NCBI GenBank assembly: GCA_026387265.1
Contig: JAPLLZ010000020.1
Span: forward strand, 5,413 to 69,412
Length of the DNA stretch: 64,000 nucleotides
Origin: Candidatus Omnitrophota bacterium
GTDB lineage: Bacteria > Omnitrophota > Gorgyraeia > Gygaellales > Profunditerraquicolaceae
Direction: 5' to 3'
Positions within the stretch are counted from its first letter, which is position 1. Every line of letters begins with the position of its first letter. The notes under the pieces are model-generated. The model had not been told where the DNA came from. It ran no database searches and saw only the letters and a list, made by a program, of their open reading frames with translations. Positions 29,196 to 37,791 of this stretch are shown piece after piece. Both the position numbers and the translations under genes were made by a program.

Positions 29196-31466
29196 ATGGG
29201 AGTAACGCATAAGCTTAAACCTGAGGTTTTAAGCTTTATTATCGAAAATAAGCAGAATAATCCTACGTTAAGTTGCCGCCATTTAACTTCGTTGGTTCTT
29301 GAGCAGCTGCATATCAAAGTCTCCAAATCCAGCATAAATGCTGTTTTTAAAGAAAAGAACTTAAGCATGCCTATTGGCAGGAGGCCTAAGCCGAAGAAAA
29401 GAAAATTTAATATGCCTGTTTTGCCGGTTATAGAAGACGCTAAAATTTCCAGATTAGGCGATTTACCGCAAGAGATTCTTCAGGATCAAGAAAAAGAAAA
29501 ACTTGAAAAAGAAAAAGCCGCTCAAGAAGCTGCTAAGATTAAGGTTCTTGAAGAAGCTAAACTGCGAGAGTCAGAAAGAATTGCTAAGGAGGCTGAAGAA
29601 AAAAGAAAGCGCGATGAAGAAATACGCAGGCTTGCTGAAGAAAAAGTTGCTCAAGAAGCAGAAGAAAACAGAAAGCAGGAAGAAGCCCAAAAGCTTGCTG
29701 AGGAAAAAGCCGCCGAGGAATTGGCCCGGATCAAAGCCTTGGAAGAATCCAGGTTGCGCGAGATAGAAAAATTAGCTCAGCAAGCTGAAGAAAAAAGAAA
29801 GCGCGATGAAGAAATACGCAGGCTTGCTGAGGAAAAAGCCGCTCAAGAAGCAGTCAGGATCAAAGCTCTTGAAGAAGCTAAGTTGCGTGAGTTAGAAAGA
29901 ATCGCTCAAGAGGCAGAAGAAAAAGCTGCTCAAGAATTGTCTCGTCTCAAAGCCCTGGAAGAAGCCAGGTTGCGTGAGATAGAAAGATCGGCTAAAGATG
30001 CTGAGGAAAAGGCTGCTCAGGAAGCTGAAGAAAGAAAGAAACGTGATGAAGAAGTGCGCAGGCTTGCTGAAGAAAAAGTTGCTCAAGAATTGTCCCGTCT
30101 CAAAGCCTTGGAAGAAGCCAGGTTGCGCGAGATAGAAAAATTAGCTCAGGAAGCTGAAGAAAGAAGGAAACGCGATGAAGAAATACACAGGCTTGCTGAG
30201 GAAAAAGCCGCCGAAGAATTGGCCCGGATCAAAGCCCTGGAAGAATCCAGGTTGCGCGAGATAGAAAAATTAGCTCAGGAAGCTGAAGAAAATGAGCGTA
30301 AACAAGAAGGAGCGCGTAAGCTAGAAGCAGAAAAGGTAAAACAAGAATCAGGATTGCAGGCGGAGAGAGAAAGGTGGGCCAGGTTAGCAGAAGAAGAGAA
30401 AAAGTCTAAACAAGAAGCCAGCAAACCTAAAATAGTTAATGAAGAACCTGTTCCGGTAAAAGCTGAGTCTACAGTTGTGGAAGTTTTTCCTGAAGATAGG
30501 GTATGCTCAGGGGCCATAATACTTAAAGCCTTGGATGCTTTAATTGGCGGAAGTAAAGAGATTAATGCTGTTATTAGCACGGCAATCGGAGGCAAGCCAG
30601 AAGATTCAATAAATCTTACCGAAACATTATTGTTTAAGTCTTTATTCGTCAAAGATAAATTTTCTACGCTCGGGGATTTAGTTGGTGTGCGCTATCCCCA
30701 AGAGCAGCTAAATAATTATCATGTGCAAATCAAGCAGGTTACCGGAATAGGTTTAGATGTTACTAAAGCTATCTCGGATGTTTTTATCCAGTCCAAAGGA
30801 GTAAAAGTCAATTTTATCGATAAGAGCGTTATTCACTTGGATGGCCAGTTACATTCAAGTTGGCCGGCCACACGTTTCCCTTACGATTTTGCTAATACTA
30901 TTTCCGACCTGAAAACCAATTTAAATAAATGTTTCTTTCAGGGGCAGCCCTTAGTTTTATTTTCTCCTCCCGGTTACGATATTCTCCCCAAAGATTTTTT
31001 TAATCTTATCTTAAATTTTAGATCAAAAGATAACTATCCGGTTAGCTTAACTTTATTCGGAAATCAATTAGAAGATTTAGATAATATTCCCTTAGGTCCG
31101 GAAAATAAATGTAATTTAATCTTTGGACTTTGGCCTTGGCAATTTACTTCCAGCCGCAAGGTTAAAAAAATCGGCGAGTTTTCTTTAAAGTACATTAAAG
31201 AATTAGACCGTGATTTATATTTAGGGGATGTGGAAATTGATTTATTCCGGGCAGCCCTGAATCAGAGTGTATCTTTAAAAGGCTGCGCAGTAAAAACTGA
31301 CCTTAAGGGTAAAATCCGCCTGGTTATTCTCAATAGTAGTGAACAGGCGATGGATTTGGATGCGTTGGCAGGCACCTATTTAAGCCATTGGCGCTTTTTG
31401 GTTATGCCGGCGATGAGCAAAAGTTTTTTTCCAAGGATAGTTTTGGTATGGACACAGCAGGATTGA
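29196..31466 (+). CDS. HTH-like N-terminus, ~270-aa KE-rich tandem-repeat coiled coil, and a ~350-aa C-terminal domain of unknown function
   Basis: The N-terminus LSCRHLTSLVLEQLHIKVSKSSINAVF has a helix-turn-helix pattern, followed by a basic patch RRPKPKKRK. Residues ~100-390 are imperfect repeats of EEKAAQEA/RIKALEEARLREIEKLAQEAEEKRKRDEEIRRLA, with DNA repeats spanning ~29480-30300. Confidence 0.6.
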   Translation: MGVTHKLKPEVLSFIIENKQNNPTLSCRHLTSLVLEQLHIKVSKSSINAVFKEKNLSMPIGRRPKPKKRKFNMPVLPVIEDAKISRLGDLPQEILQDQEKEKLEKEKAAQEAAKIKVLEEAKLRESERIAKEAEEKRKRDEEIRRLAEEKVAQEAEENRKQEEAQKLAEEKAAEELARIKALEESRLREIEKLAQQAEEKRKRDEEIRRLAEEKAAQEAVRIKALEEAKLRELERIAQEAEEKAAQELSRLKALEEARLREIERSAKDAEEKAAQEAEERKKRDEEVRRLAEEKVAQELSRLKALEEARLREIEKLAQEAEERRKRDEEIHRLAEEKAAEELARIKALEESRLREIEKLAQEAEENERKQEGARKLEAEKVKQESGLQAERERWARLAEEEKKSKQEASKPKIVNEEPVPVKAESTVVEVFPEDRVCSGAIILKALDALIGGSKEINAVISTAIGGKPEDSINLTETLLFKSLFVKDKFSTLGDLVGVRYPQEQLNNYHVQIKQVTGIGLDVTKAISDVFIQSKGVKVNFIDKSVIHLDGQLHSSWPATRFPYDFANTISDLKTNLNKCFFQGQPLVLFSPPGYDILPKDFFNLILNFRSKDNYPVSLTLFGNQLEDLDNIPLGPENKCNLIFGLWPWQFTSSRKVKKIGEFSLKYIKELDRDLYLGDVEIDLFRAALNQSVSLKGCAVKTDLKGKIRLVILNSSEQAMDLDALAGTYLSHWRFLVMPAMSKSFFPRIVLVWTQQD

Positions 31467-31469
31467 CTA

Positions 31470-31759
31470 TGGAGTTAACGGAAATTTTTGCAAATTATGT
31501 TAAAATGCTGGATGCTTATTTGCGTTGGCATTTTTTGCCAGTAGAATACGCAGTAAAAGACCTTTCTTCTACCAGCGATTGTTTTTACAAGATTCCGGCT
31601 AAACTCACGGCCAGTCAGAACAGGATGAGGGTTAAAACATTGGTTAGCCAGGATTATCAATTCCTGAAAGACTTAGAATATCTTAACTGCCGGTTAAATG
31701 AGCGGCAGATTAAAACAGCCAATGGTAAGATATTTTGGTTCGAAAGCGCTTTCAAATAG
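31470..31759 (+). CDS. Hypothetical small protein. The upstream extension to 31388 is in the -1 frame relative to the preceding gene.
   Basis: The ORF 31388..31759 overlaps the end of 29196..31466 by 79 nt. The first ATG after that gene's stop is at 31470. No recognisable motif is present. Confidence 0.3.
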
Positions 31760-31772
31760 CGCTGAATAAATC

Positions 31773-31801
31773 TTGATTGTTATATTTTCAAGTGGTATAT
31801 T
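31773..31801 (+). promoter_or_regulatory. Sigma70-like promoter TTGATT-17-TATATT upstream of the flp pilin array
   Basis: The -35 is TTGATT at 31773-31778. The spacer is 17 nt. The -10 is TATATT at 31796-31801. It lies 76 nt upstream of the first flp ATG at 31877. Confidence 0.5.
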
Positions 31802-31876
31802 TAATTAGTTGTAGTATGTGTAGTTGAAACTAAACTTAAGAATTTTGGCAACTAGTTTGAATAAAATAGGTGTGAA

Positions 31877-32017
31877 ATGGTTTTAAGAAAAAAGAATGGC
31901 CAGAGTACGCTTGAGTATGTAATTATTTTGGCGATTGTCGTCGGAGCGATCTTAGCTGGGGGGGTGATTTTGAAGCCATTCATAGCGAAGACTTATGATG
32001 CGGCATATTCTGAATAG
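31877..32017 (+). CDS. flp: Flp-family pilin (46 aa)
   Basis: MVLRKKNGQSTLEYVIILAIVVGAILAGG carries the G/QSTLEY Flp prepilin motif followed by a hydrophobic helix. Confidence 0.7.
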   Translation: MVLRKKNGQSTLEYVIILAIVVGAILAGGVILKPFIAKTYDAAYSE

Positions 32018-32065
32018 GGGTATAGCGGTAGAGGTTAGGCGAAAGACTAAAATAGGATTTTGCAG

Positions 32066-32191
32066 ATGGTTTTAGGAATCAGGCGAGGACAAAGTTTAAT
32101 AGAATACACGATGCTGATTATCATTATTGGTTCAGCATTGATTGCGATGACTACTTATATAGTGCGAGCACTGAATGCGCGGCTTGGGTAG
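32066..32191 (+). CDS. flp: Flp-family pilin (41 aa)
   Basis: MVLGIRRGQSLIEYTMLIIIIGSALIAMTTY is present. It is not in the ORF track because it is under 60 aa. Coordinates come from manual translation. Confidence 0.65.
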   Translation: MVLGIRRGQSLIEYTMLIIIIGSALIAMTTYIVRALNARLG

Positions 32192-32217
32192 TAAATGCTA
32201 TTTTAATATAAAAATAG

Positions 32218-32406
32218 ATGAATTTAACCAGGGCGAAACAGAAAATAAGGCTGGGGAGCAAAAACGGGCAGGGTTTCATAGAGTATGTGATGCTTATTAT
32301 CATTGTTAGCGCAGCGTTAATTGCGATGACTATATATTTAATGCGTTCCACAAATGCCCGCATTAAACAAGAGCAACAGGAATTAAATTATCATAGTGCA
32401 GAATAA
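32218..32406 (+). CDS. flp: Flp-family pilin (62 aa)
   Basis: KNGQGFIEYVMLIIIVSAALIAMTIYLM is present. Confidence 0.6.
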   Translation: MNLTRAKQKIRLGSKNGQGFIEYVMLIIIVSAALIAMTIYLMRSTNARIKQEQQELNYHSAE

Positions 32407-32425
32407 CATTATAAGGAGGGGGGAA

Positions 32426-32599
32426 ATGAATAAGCTAAGGAGTGGGCAAAGTACATTGGAGTACGTAATTATCTTGGCGGCGGTTGTGGGTGCGATTATT
32501 GCGGTAGGGATATTGATTAAGGGTAACTTAAATACTTCATATACTAAGTTAGGGGATAAGATGCAAAGTAAAGTAATAGAGTTAGGGGATAAGATATAA
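32426..32599 (+). CDS. flp: Flp-family pilin (57 aa)
   Basis: An AAGGAGGGGGG RBS precedes the start. MNKLRSGQSTLEYVIILAAVVGAIIAVGIL is present. Confidence 0.7.
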   Translation: MNKLRSGQSTLEYVIILAAVVGAIIAVGILIKGNLNTSYTKLGDKMQSKVIELGDKI

Positions 32600-32635
32600 G
32601 ATAGATAGGAGAAGTAAATTTTTAAGGAGGTGAAA

Positions 32636-32977
32636 ATGTTAAGGCAATTGAAGAAAGGGCAGAGTACGGCAGAATATGCAATTGTGATTGGGTTAGTTAT
32701 TGCTGCAGCGGTAGCCATGCAGGTTTATGTTAAACGCGGTATTCAAGGTAAAATGAAGAATGCAGTAGACTACAATGATCCAGAGGCTGCTAAAATTGGA
32801 ATTGGGGCAGATACGCAGTATGAACCAAATTATCAAACTACAACCAATATGAAAGCTACCCGTGAGTCAAAAGAAGATACAGAGGCTAAACTAGGTGGGG
32901 GTGTAGTTAGAACAATTACAGGTGAAGATGTGAGCACTAGGACAGGTAAGAGTACAATTTTAGGGGTCAACGAATAA
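32636..32977 (+). CDS. flp: Flp-family pilin, long form (113 aa)
   Basis: An AAGGAGG RBS precedes the start. MLRQLKKGQSTAEYAIVIGLVIAAAVAMQVYVKRGIQGK is followed by a polar C-terminal extension. Confidence 0.7.
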   Translation: MLRQLKKGQSTAEYAIVIGLVIAAAVAMQVYVKRGIQGKMKNAVDYNDPEAAKIGIGADTQYEPNYQTTTNMKATRESKEDTEAKLGGGVVRTITGEDVSTRTGKSTILGVNE

Positions 32978-33018
32978 TTATTACCATAATTAAAGTTGTT
33001 TTTAAAGCAGGAGGAAAT

Positions 33019-33327
33019 ATGTTTGGAGTAAAGACCAAAGGGCAAACTACCCTGGAAGTAGTTATTTTGATTGGTTTTGTGGTTGCTGCGTTAATTGCTA
33101 TGGGTGTATATATTAAAAGAGGTATGCAAGGCCGGCTTAGAGATTCAGCGGATCAGATTGGTGAACAATATTCAGCCGGGAATACTACCGGAAAATACAC
33201 AACTACAATTAGTATGGAGCAGAATGAAAGTATGCAGAAAGGTGGTCATGTTGACACGACCATTGTAAAAAATGAGCAGAGAAAGTCGGGATCCGAGACG
33301 GTGAGTGATTTTTCGCTGGGATATTAA
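33019..33327 (+). CDS. flp: Flp-family pilin, long form (102 aa)
   Basis: A GCAGGAGG RBS precedes the start. GQTTLEVVILIGFVVAALIAMGVYIKRGMQGR is present. Confidence 0.65.
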   Translation: MFGVKTKGQTTLEVVILIGFVVAALIAMGVYIKRGMQGRLRDSADQIGEQYSAGNTTGKYTTTISMEQNESMQKGGHVDTTIVKNEQRKSGSETVSDFSLGY

Positions 33328-33941
33328 TGAGAAGAGGGCAATCGACCCTAGAGTATGTTTTTTTAGTTGGTGTCGGAGCAGTTGCGCTTATTGCTATGCT
33401 TGTTTACATCGGCCGCAGCCTGCAGGGGAATATACGTAATCAGGCTGAACAATTAGGCGCTTGGCAGTATGCCCCGGGAAATACGATGATAAATAATAGC
33501 GAAACTAAAACAACCAAAGCTACCAAGAGATCGACGAGTACTACTACGGTTACATATGGTAATTTAAATGCACCGCATCCGGAGTTAGATAAGGCTATTG
33601 CTGATTTTCAAGCTAGTTTAGCTTTAATAGAACAATATAAGAAAGAATGGGATGTAGCGGTAGATGATGAAGCTAAAGCGCAGGCCGCGAAAGAATTAAA
33701 TGCCCCAGGAAGAGATCTTCTTTCCTGGATACCTCCTCCTACTGGGGTTGCAGCCATTGATCAAAAGATTGCCGCTGAAATAGCGAATGGTAAAAAACTT
33801 TATGAAACCTTCCTTGCCCTTAAAAAGGCCTGGGATGAACGTAAGATAACGGGAGATACTACTTCTTCCACCAGCTCTGGTAGTGCAGAAAGTAGCATAG
33901 ATGATGTTAAGCGTACAGAGGAAACTTTGGGTAATTTGTGA
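33327..33941 (+). CDS. flp: Flp-family pilin with a ~150-aa C-terminal extension (204 aa)
   Basis: MRRGQSTLEYVFLVGVGAVALIAMLVYIGRSLQGN is followed by a Thr-rich linker and a helical C-terminal domain. Its ATGA start overlaps the previous stop. Confidence 0.65.
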   Translation: MRRGQSTLEYVFLVGVGAVALIAMLVYIGRSLQGNIRNQAEQLGAWQYAPGNTMINNSETKTTKATKRSTSTTTVTYGNLNAPHPELDKAIADFQASLALIEQYKKEWDVAVDDEAKAQAAKELNAPGRDLLSWIPPPTGVAAIDQKIAAEIANGKKLYETFLALKKAWDERKITGDTTSSTSSGSAESSIDDVKRTEETLGNL

Positions 33942-34228
33942 AAACAAAGACTTTTTATAGAGGACAAAATTTAGTTGAGCTTGCTTTACTTATTGGCATA
34001 GTAGGGCTTGTGTTTATTGGAATGGGGGCATATATTAGGAGAGGAGTGCAGGGTAAGGTAAAAGACTGGACAAATTATGTTGTGTCTGATCAACAGGCGC
34101 CGGATGCAGACGCGGAAGACACCCAGAGTTCAACATCTTTTGGTTCAACGATGACTTCTGAAGAACTTAAGGATGGAGGGATGAAGTTGACGGGCCAGGA
34201 GAAAACTCATGTAGATTCCAGTCAGTAG
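33938..34228 (+). CDS. flp: Flp-family pilin, long form (96 aa)
   Basis: A GTG start overlaps the previous stop. YRGQNLVELALLIGIVGLVFIGMGAYIRRGVQGK is present. Confidence 0.6.
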   Translation: MKTKTFYRGQNLVELALLIGIVGLVFIGMGAYIRRGVQGKVKDWTNYVVSDQQAPDADAEDTQSSTSFGSTMTSEELKDGGMKLTGQEKTHVDSSQ

Positions 34229-34292
34229 ATTATCATGCGATTCTTGTGGTGAGAATTTTTGGAGATGGAGTAGATTTTGAAGGAGTTAGAAA

Positions 34293-34898
34293 ATGTTAAG
34301 ATGCCAGAAAGCCCAAGCTATTCTGGAATTAGCTATTTTAGGTTCAATAATTATCCTGGCTTTTTCTTTTGCTATTAAGTATAGCGAACGAGGAAACCGC
34401 GAACAGTCTTATATGCAGCAGACATTCCGCGCACTTTTAAAAAAAGCAAAATTAAATAATAGCACTGCTTCTTGGCAAACAATGGATTTTCGCAGAATGC
34501 CTAATGTTGTCAATCCTATGGAGTTAGGGGAATTGGAACAATTTTCCAGTTCCAATAGTATTATTTGGTCGGACGATTTAGAGGAGATAGAGACTAAATC
34601 TAAATCATATTTTCAGCTTAACCGGGGTCCGGAACAGGAAATTGCTAGCGGTAGTGCTGGCCTGCCGGGTACAGGTGAAAGTATGACCACTAGTTTTACA
34701 AGTAATGCCGCTGGCACTACTACCTCTCAAAAGAATGAGCAGGGTGGCCGGATTGTTACAAATAAGTCTCTTAATGCTACGGACAGCATATCGGGAAGCG
34801 CTGATTTAGGAGGGACAACAGTTAGCCTTGGAGGAAGCCTGGGTGAGGGTGGTAAATATACAGGCGGAGGTATAAATCGCTCCAGGAGTATGCAATGA
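34293..34898 (+). CDS. TadE-like pseudopilin / minor pilin
   Basis: N-terminal CQKAQAILELAILGSIIILAFSFAI is a TadE-like N-terminal helix. The C-terminus is Ser/Thr/Gly-rich. Confidence 0.5.
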   Translation: MLRCQKAQAILELAILGSIIILAFSFAIKYSERGNREQSYMQQTFRALLKKAKLNNSTASWQTMDFRRMPNVVNPMELGELEQFSSSNSIIWSDDLEEIETKSKSYFQLNRGPEQEIASGSAGLPGTGESMTTSFTSNAAGTTTSQKNEQGGRIVTNKSLNATDSISGSADLGGTTVSLGGSLGEGGKYTGGGINRSRSMQ

Positions 34899-35131
34899 TA
34901 AGAAAAGGCCAGGCAACCTTGGAATTTACGCTGGCTTTTATTATAATGGTTGCTTTGATCGCAGGTCTTTTAAATTTATGGTCATGGTCAAATAGCCAGA
35001 TTGGTGGCCGCCAAGGCAGTTTTGAAGGCAGCCGGGTTGCGGCAGGGTCGAAAGATTCTCCGGGAGAGCCCGCTGTGCCTTATGGCGCCGGACAGATTAC
35101 CGATAGCCAGACGTACATGTTTAAGAAATAA
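34895..35131 (+). CDS. TadE/Flp-like small pilin (78 aa)
   Basis: MIRKGQATLEFTLAFIIMVALIAGLLNLW is present. It overlaps the upstream gene by 4 nt. Confidence 0.55.
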   Translation: MIRKGQATLEFTLAFIIMVALIAGLLNLWSWSNSQIGGRQGSFEGSRVAAGSKDSPGEPAVPYGAGQITDSQTYMFKK

Positions 35132-35146
35132 ATAGAGGGAGGTAAT

Positions 35147-36763
35147 TTGTTCTTTTTTGGATTTACCAAAAATAAGTATTTTAAAAAAAAGGAAGGCTTG
35201 GCAGGGCAAGTTTTTCCTTTTTTGCTTATTTGTATAGTAGCATTAGCTGTTGCCGTCGGTATGTCTAGATCAGCTCGTAATAGTGCAATATCTAAAACCA
35301 ATGTTTCTAATGCCGCGGATGCCTGTTCAATAACCGCTGGATCTTACTGGGCCGGAGGTTTCAATGATTTGGTAGAAAAAAATCTGGAGATGAATGCTTA
35401 TTATGATCAATACGCCGGTTATTATAAAGCCTTGCACACATTAGCGTATGGCGTTGATGGAAATGGAGGTTACCTGGATAAAGCGTATTTAAATACTTTG
35501 GATGCGCATCTCAGTACGCAATGGGCCAGTAATGCACTTACTGATGGAGGTAGCGATTGCGCAAATTTGGTATCAGATAAGTCCAATGCTGAATCGCACT
35601 ATTATTGGGCCAAGTATTATGCTCTTGAGTCAGCTAGATACTTCGGGGCTATCTGGGTCCTTGCTCGATATATGCAGAATCTTACTGATAATTTTAAATA
35701 TAATCAAGCACAAGCTTATTGTAACGCCAGGTCTTCTATGGAAGATTCCATAGAAAATGCTAAATTAAAAGGGACACACTATGCCTTTGTTAATAGCGGG
35801 ACAGCGTCGCGATCTCCTAGCGGGGATGCTTTTAATTTGTTTTTAGGCACTAATAAATATAATGAAAGTCCATCTTTCGGAAATACAACTAGTGAGCTAA
35901 CCTATGATTGGCAATGGCCGTCTAAATGCGGAACAAGTAAAGGGGGTACCACGGTTACCTTTACCCAGCCAAAAATAAAAGCTCAGAAGGTTCAGCATAC
36001 TATAAGCCCGTATCCGGTTCTAACAGATTTTGACGTTGACGAAAATGTGCAAAATTTCGCGGGTGTAGGAGAAAACGGAGAAGGCCGACTTTTGGTAGTT
36101 AATGATGATATCTTTAATCTTTATTCATCTCGGGCATTAGCAACTGCTATGGTAAATATCTATTTTAATTTGGGCGACTTTGATAATCGACTTTCAGGGA
36201 ATGATTCAATAGAGTTTTGTATTAATAATGGTTGTTGTCCGGATGCCACGGTTACTGATTGTGTTACAGCATTTGCAACGTGTCTTTCGAATACTAGAAG
36301 AGCTCCACCAAGTGGAGTTAATTTGTTTACTTTAATTAAAGCGTTAAATGCCATACACAATAGCAGCAGTAAAAATTCATTATCCGTATATGGACTAAGA
36401 ATGGCCGCCAAAGATATTTTAGATAATGTTTGGACGATCGATACAGGGAATTTTTCTCTAAGCGATAGTTGTAATGATGTTCAGGGTTTGGCCGATAACG
36501 CTCCTGCAGATAGCCAAGTGGATATCACGAAATCCTTGATTATCGTTGGTTTGGGTGATGAGCCTGAGTTAGATCCAAGCCTTTGGCAGACGGAGTGTAC
36601 GGTAACAGCATTTTATACTAATATATATAATAAACGCAAAGATACCTGTGGTAGTTCTTCTGCCACAAGCAGCAGTACATCAGAGTTTCATGGTGACGGG
36701 GATATTGGTTACGGGACGAATAACAAGGCTGAGTATGAAACAACTATGATTAAGGCCAGTTAA
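35147..36763 (+). CDS. Putative TadG-like pilus-associated protein (538 aa) with an N-terminal TM anchor
   Basis: GQVFPFLLICIVALAVAVGMS is an N-terminal helix resembling the TadE/G N-terminal domain. It has a large Cys-containing extracellular domain. The call rests mainly on position within the locus. Confidence 0.35.
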   Translation: MFFFGFTKNKYFKKKEGLAGQVFPFLLICIVALAVAVGMSRSARNSAISKTNVSNAADACSITAGSYWAGGFNDLVEKNLEMNAYYDQYAGYYKALHTLAYGVDGNGGYLDKAYLNTLDAHLSTQWASNALTDGGSDCANLVSDKSNAESHYYWAKYYALESARYFGAIWVLARYMQNLTDNFKYNQAQAYCNARSSMEDSIENAKLKGTHYAFVNSGTASRSPSGDAFNLFLGTNKYNESPSFGNTTSELTYDWQWPSKCGTSKGGTTVTFTQPKIKAQKVQHTISPYPVLTDFDVDENVQNFAGVGENGEGRLLVVNDDIFNLYSSRALATAMVNIYFNLGDFDNRLSGNDSIEFCINNGCCPDATVTDCVTAFATCLSNTRRAPPSGVNLFTLIKALNAIHNSSSKNSLSVYGLRMAAKDILDNVWTIDTGNFSLSDSCNDVQGLADNAPADSQVDITKSLIIVGLGDEPELDPSLWQTECTVTAFYTNIYNKRKDTCGSSSATSSSTSEFHGDGDIGYGTNNKAEYETTMIKAS

Positions 36764-36857
36764 GCTATATAATTTAAGTGTATGTTTAGATAATAACCAG
36801 GTCTTTGATTTATGCAATCGTAAAAATTTATTTTAGCTTTTAGCCATTAACAGAATA

Positions 36858-37619
36858 ATGATAAATTTTAAACCTAAGAAAATTCTCGTTGTGTTTTTTT
36901 TAGCCATGTTTTCTATTTCTGTGTTATGGGCTGCAGAGTTAAACTTTCCTTTGCCGGCCACAACTGTAAAAATCCGGGAGGAAAAAGCCAGGTTTGGGCC
37001 AATAAAAACTATTACTAAAACTTATAAATCTGCTTTGAACCGGGACCAGATAAATTCATTTTACGAGAAAGAGATGGTTCTGGCCGGTTGGAGCCAACAA
37101 GAAAAAAGGGTTTTTACAAAAAACAAGTATTTAGTGATAATTTCATCTTATTCCTCAGGAAGTAAGAGTAATGAAAATAGATTTACAATGACTATTTGCA
37201 ATATTCCTACAAAAGAGGAAGTCCTGGCCTCGTATAATACTAAACCGGAAAAATTAAACTATATGCCGATTTACCCCGGAAGCACACAGTCTATATTCTT
37301 AAAGCTTTCCGGTAGCACCACAAGTTCTTATGAAACAGATGATAGCATAAAAGAAGTGGTTTTTTTCTACGAATCTGGTATGGTAAAATATGGTTGGGGT
37401 TTGGTTAATCGGATTCCAGCCACAGGTATTGCAGATAAGGTAGTTTTATTATTCGGCAGGCAAAATGGGGAAACTTGTCAGATCCAGGTATCAAGTGTTT
37501 CCAGCAGCTTAAATGATTTGTTTAATAAAGATAAACCGATTAATAAGATAAATGTAAGGCGAGCGGAAAAAACCGGCATTTTAGTTAACTATAATACTTA
37601 TGGGAAAAATAAGCCGTAA
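36858..37619 (+). CDS. Secreted hypothetical protein with a signal peptide
   Basis: The N-terminus KKILVVFFLAMFSISVLWAAE is a signal peptide. No motif is recognised. Confidence 0.4.
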   Translation: MINFKPKKILVVFFLAMFSISVLWAAELNFPLPATTVKIREEKARFGPIKTITKTYKSALNRDQINSFYEKEMVLAGWSQQEKRVFTKNKYLVIISSYSSGSKSNENRFTMTICNIPTKEEVLASYNTKPEKLNYMPIYPGSTQSIFLKLSGSTTSSYETDDSIKEVVFFYESGMVKYGWGLVNRIPATGIADKVVLLFGRQNGETCQIQVSSVSSSLNDLFNKDKPINKINVRRAEKTGILVNYNTYGKNKP

Positions 37620-37767
37620 GGCCCAATCAACTGTGGAATACTTGGGGATGATTATTGTGATTATCGCCATATTTATCATTGCGGGGGTGTATTATCAGCG
37701 TAGCCTGCAGGGTAAATACCGGCAGGCAGGGGATTCTTTGGGTGGTGGTGAACAATACGCTCCTTAA
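37600..37767 (+). CDS. flp: Flp-family pilin (55 aa)
   Basis: MGKISRKAQSTVEYLGMIIVIIAIFIIAGVYYQRSLQGK is present. It is not in the ORF track and its coordinates come from manual translation. Its first 20 nt overlap the upstream gene. Confidence 0.6.
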   Translation: MGKISRKAQSTVEYLGMIIVIIAIFIIAGVYYQRSLQGKYRQAGDSLGGGEQYAP

Positions 37768-37791
37768 TCAGAAATACAATAATGGAGAAAC

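Noticed and set aside
29196-31466. Interpreting the HTH-containing 756-aa gene as an IS transposase
   Set aside because: I could find no terminal inverted repeats or target duplications around 29100-31800, and no DDE motif is recognisable. The coiled-coil repeat domain is atypical for transposases. This remains only a weak possibility.
31746-31764. AGCGCT-ttcaaat-AGCGCT hairpin as a terminator after the gene ending at 31759
   Set aside because: It overlaps the stop codon and lacks a downstream U-run. It is left as an unannotated weak candidate.
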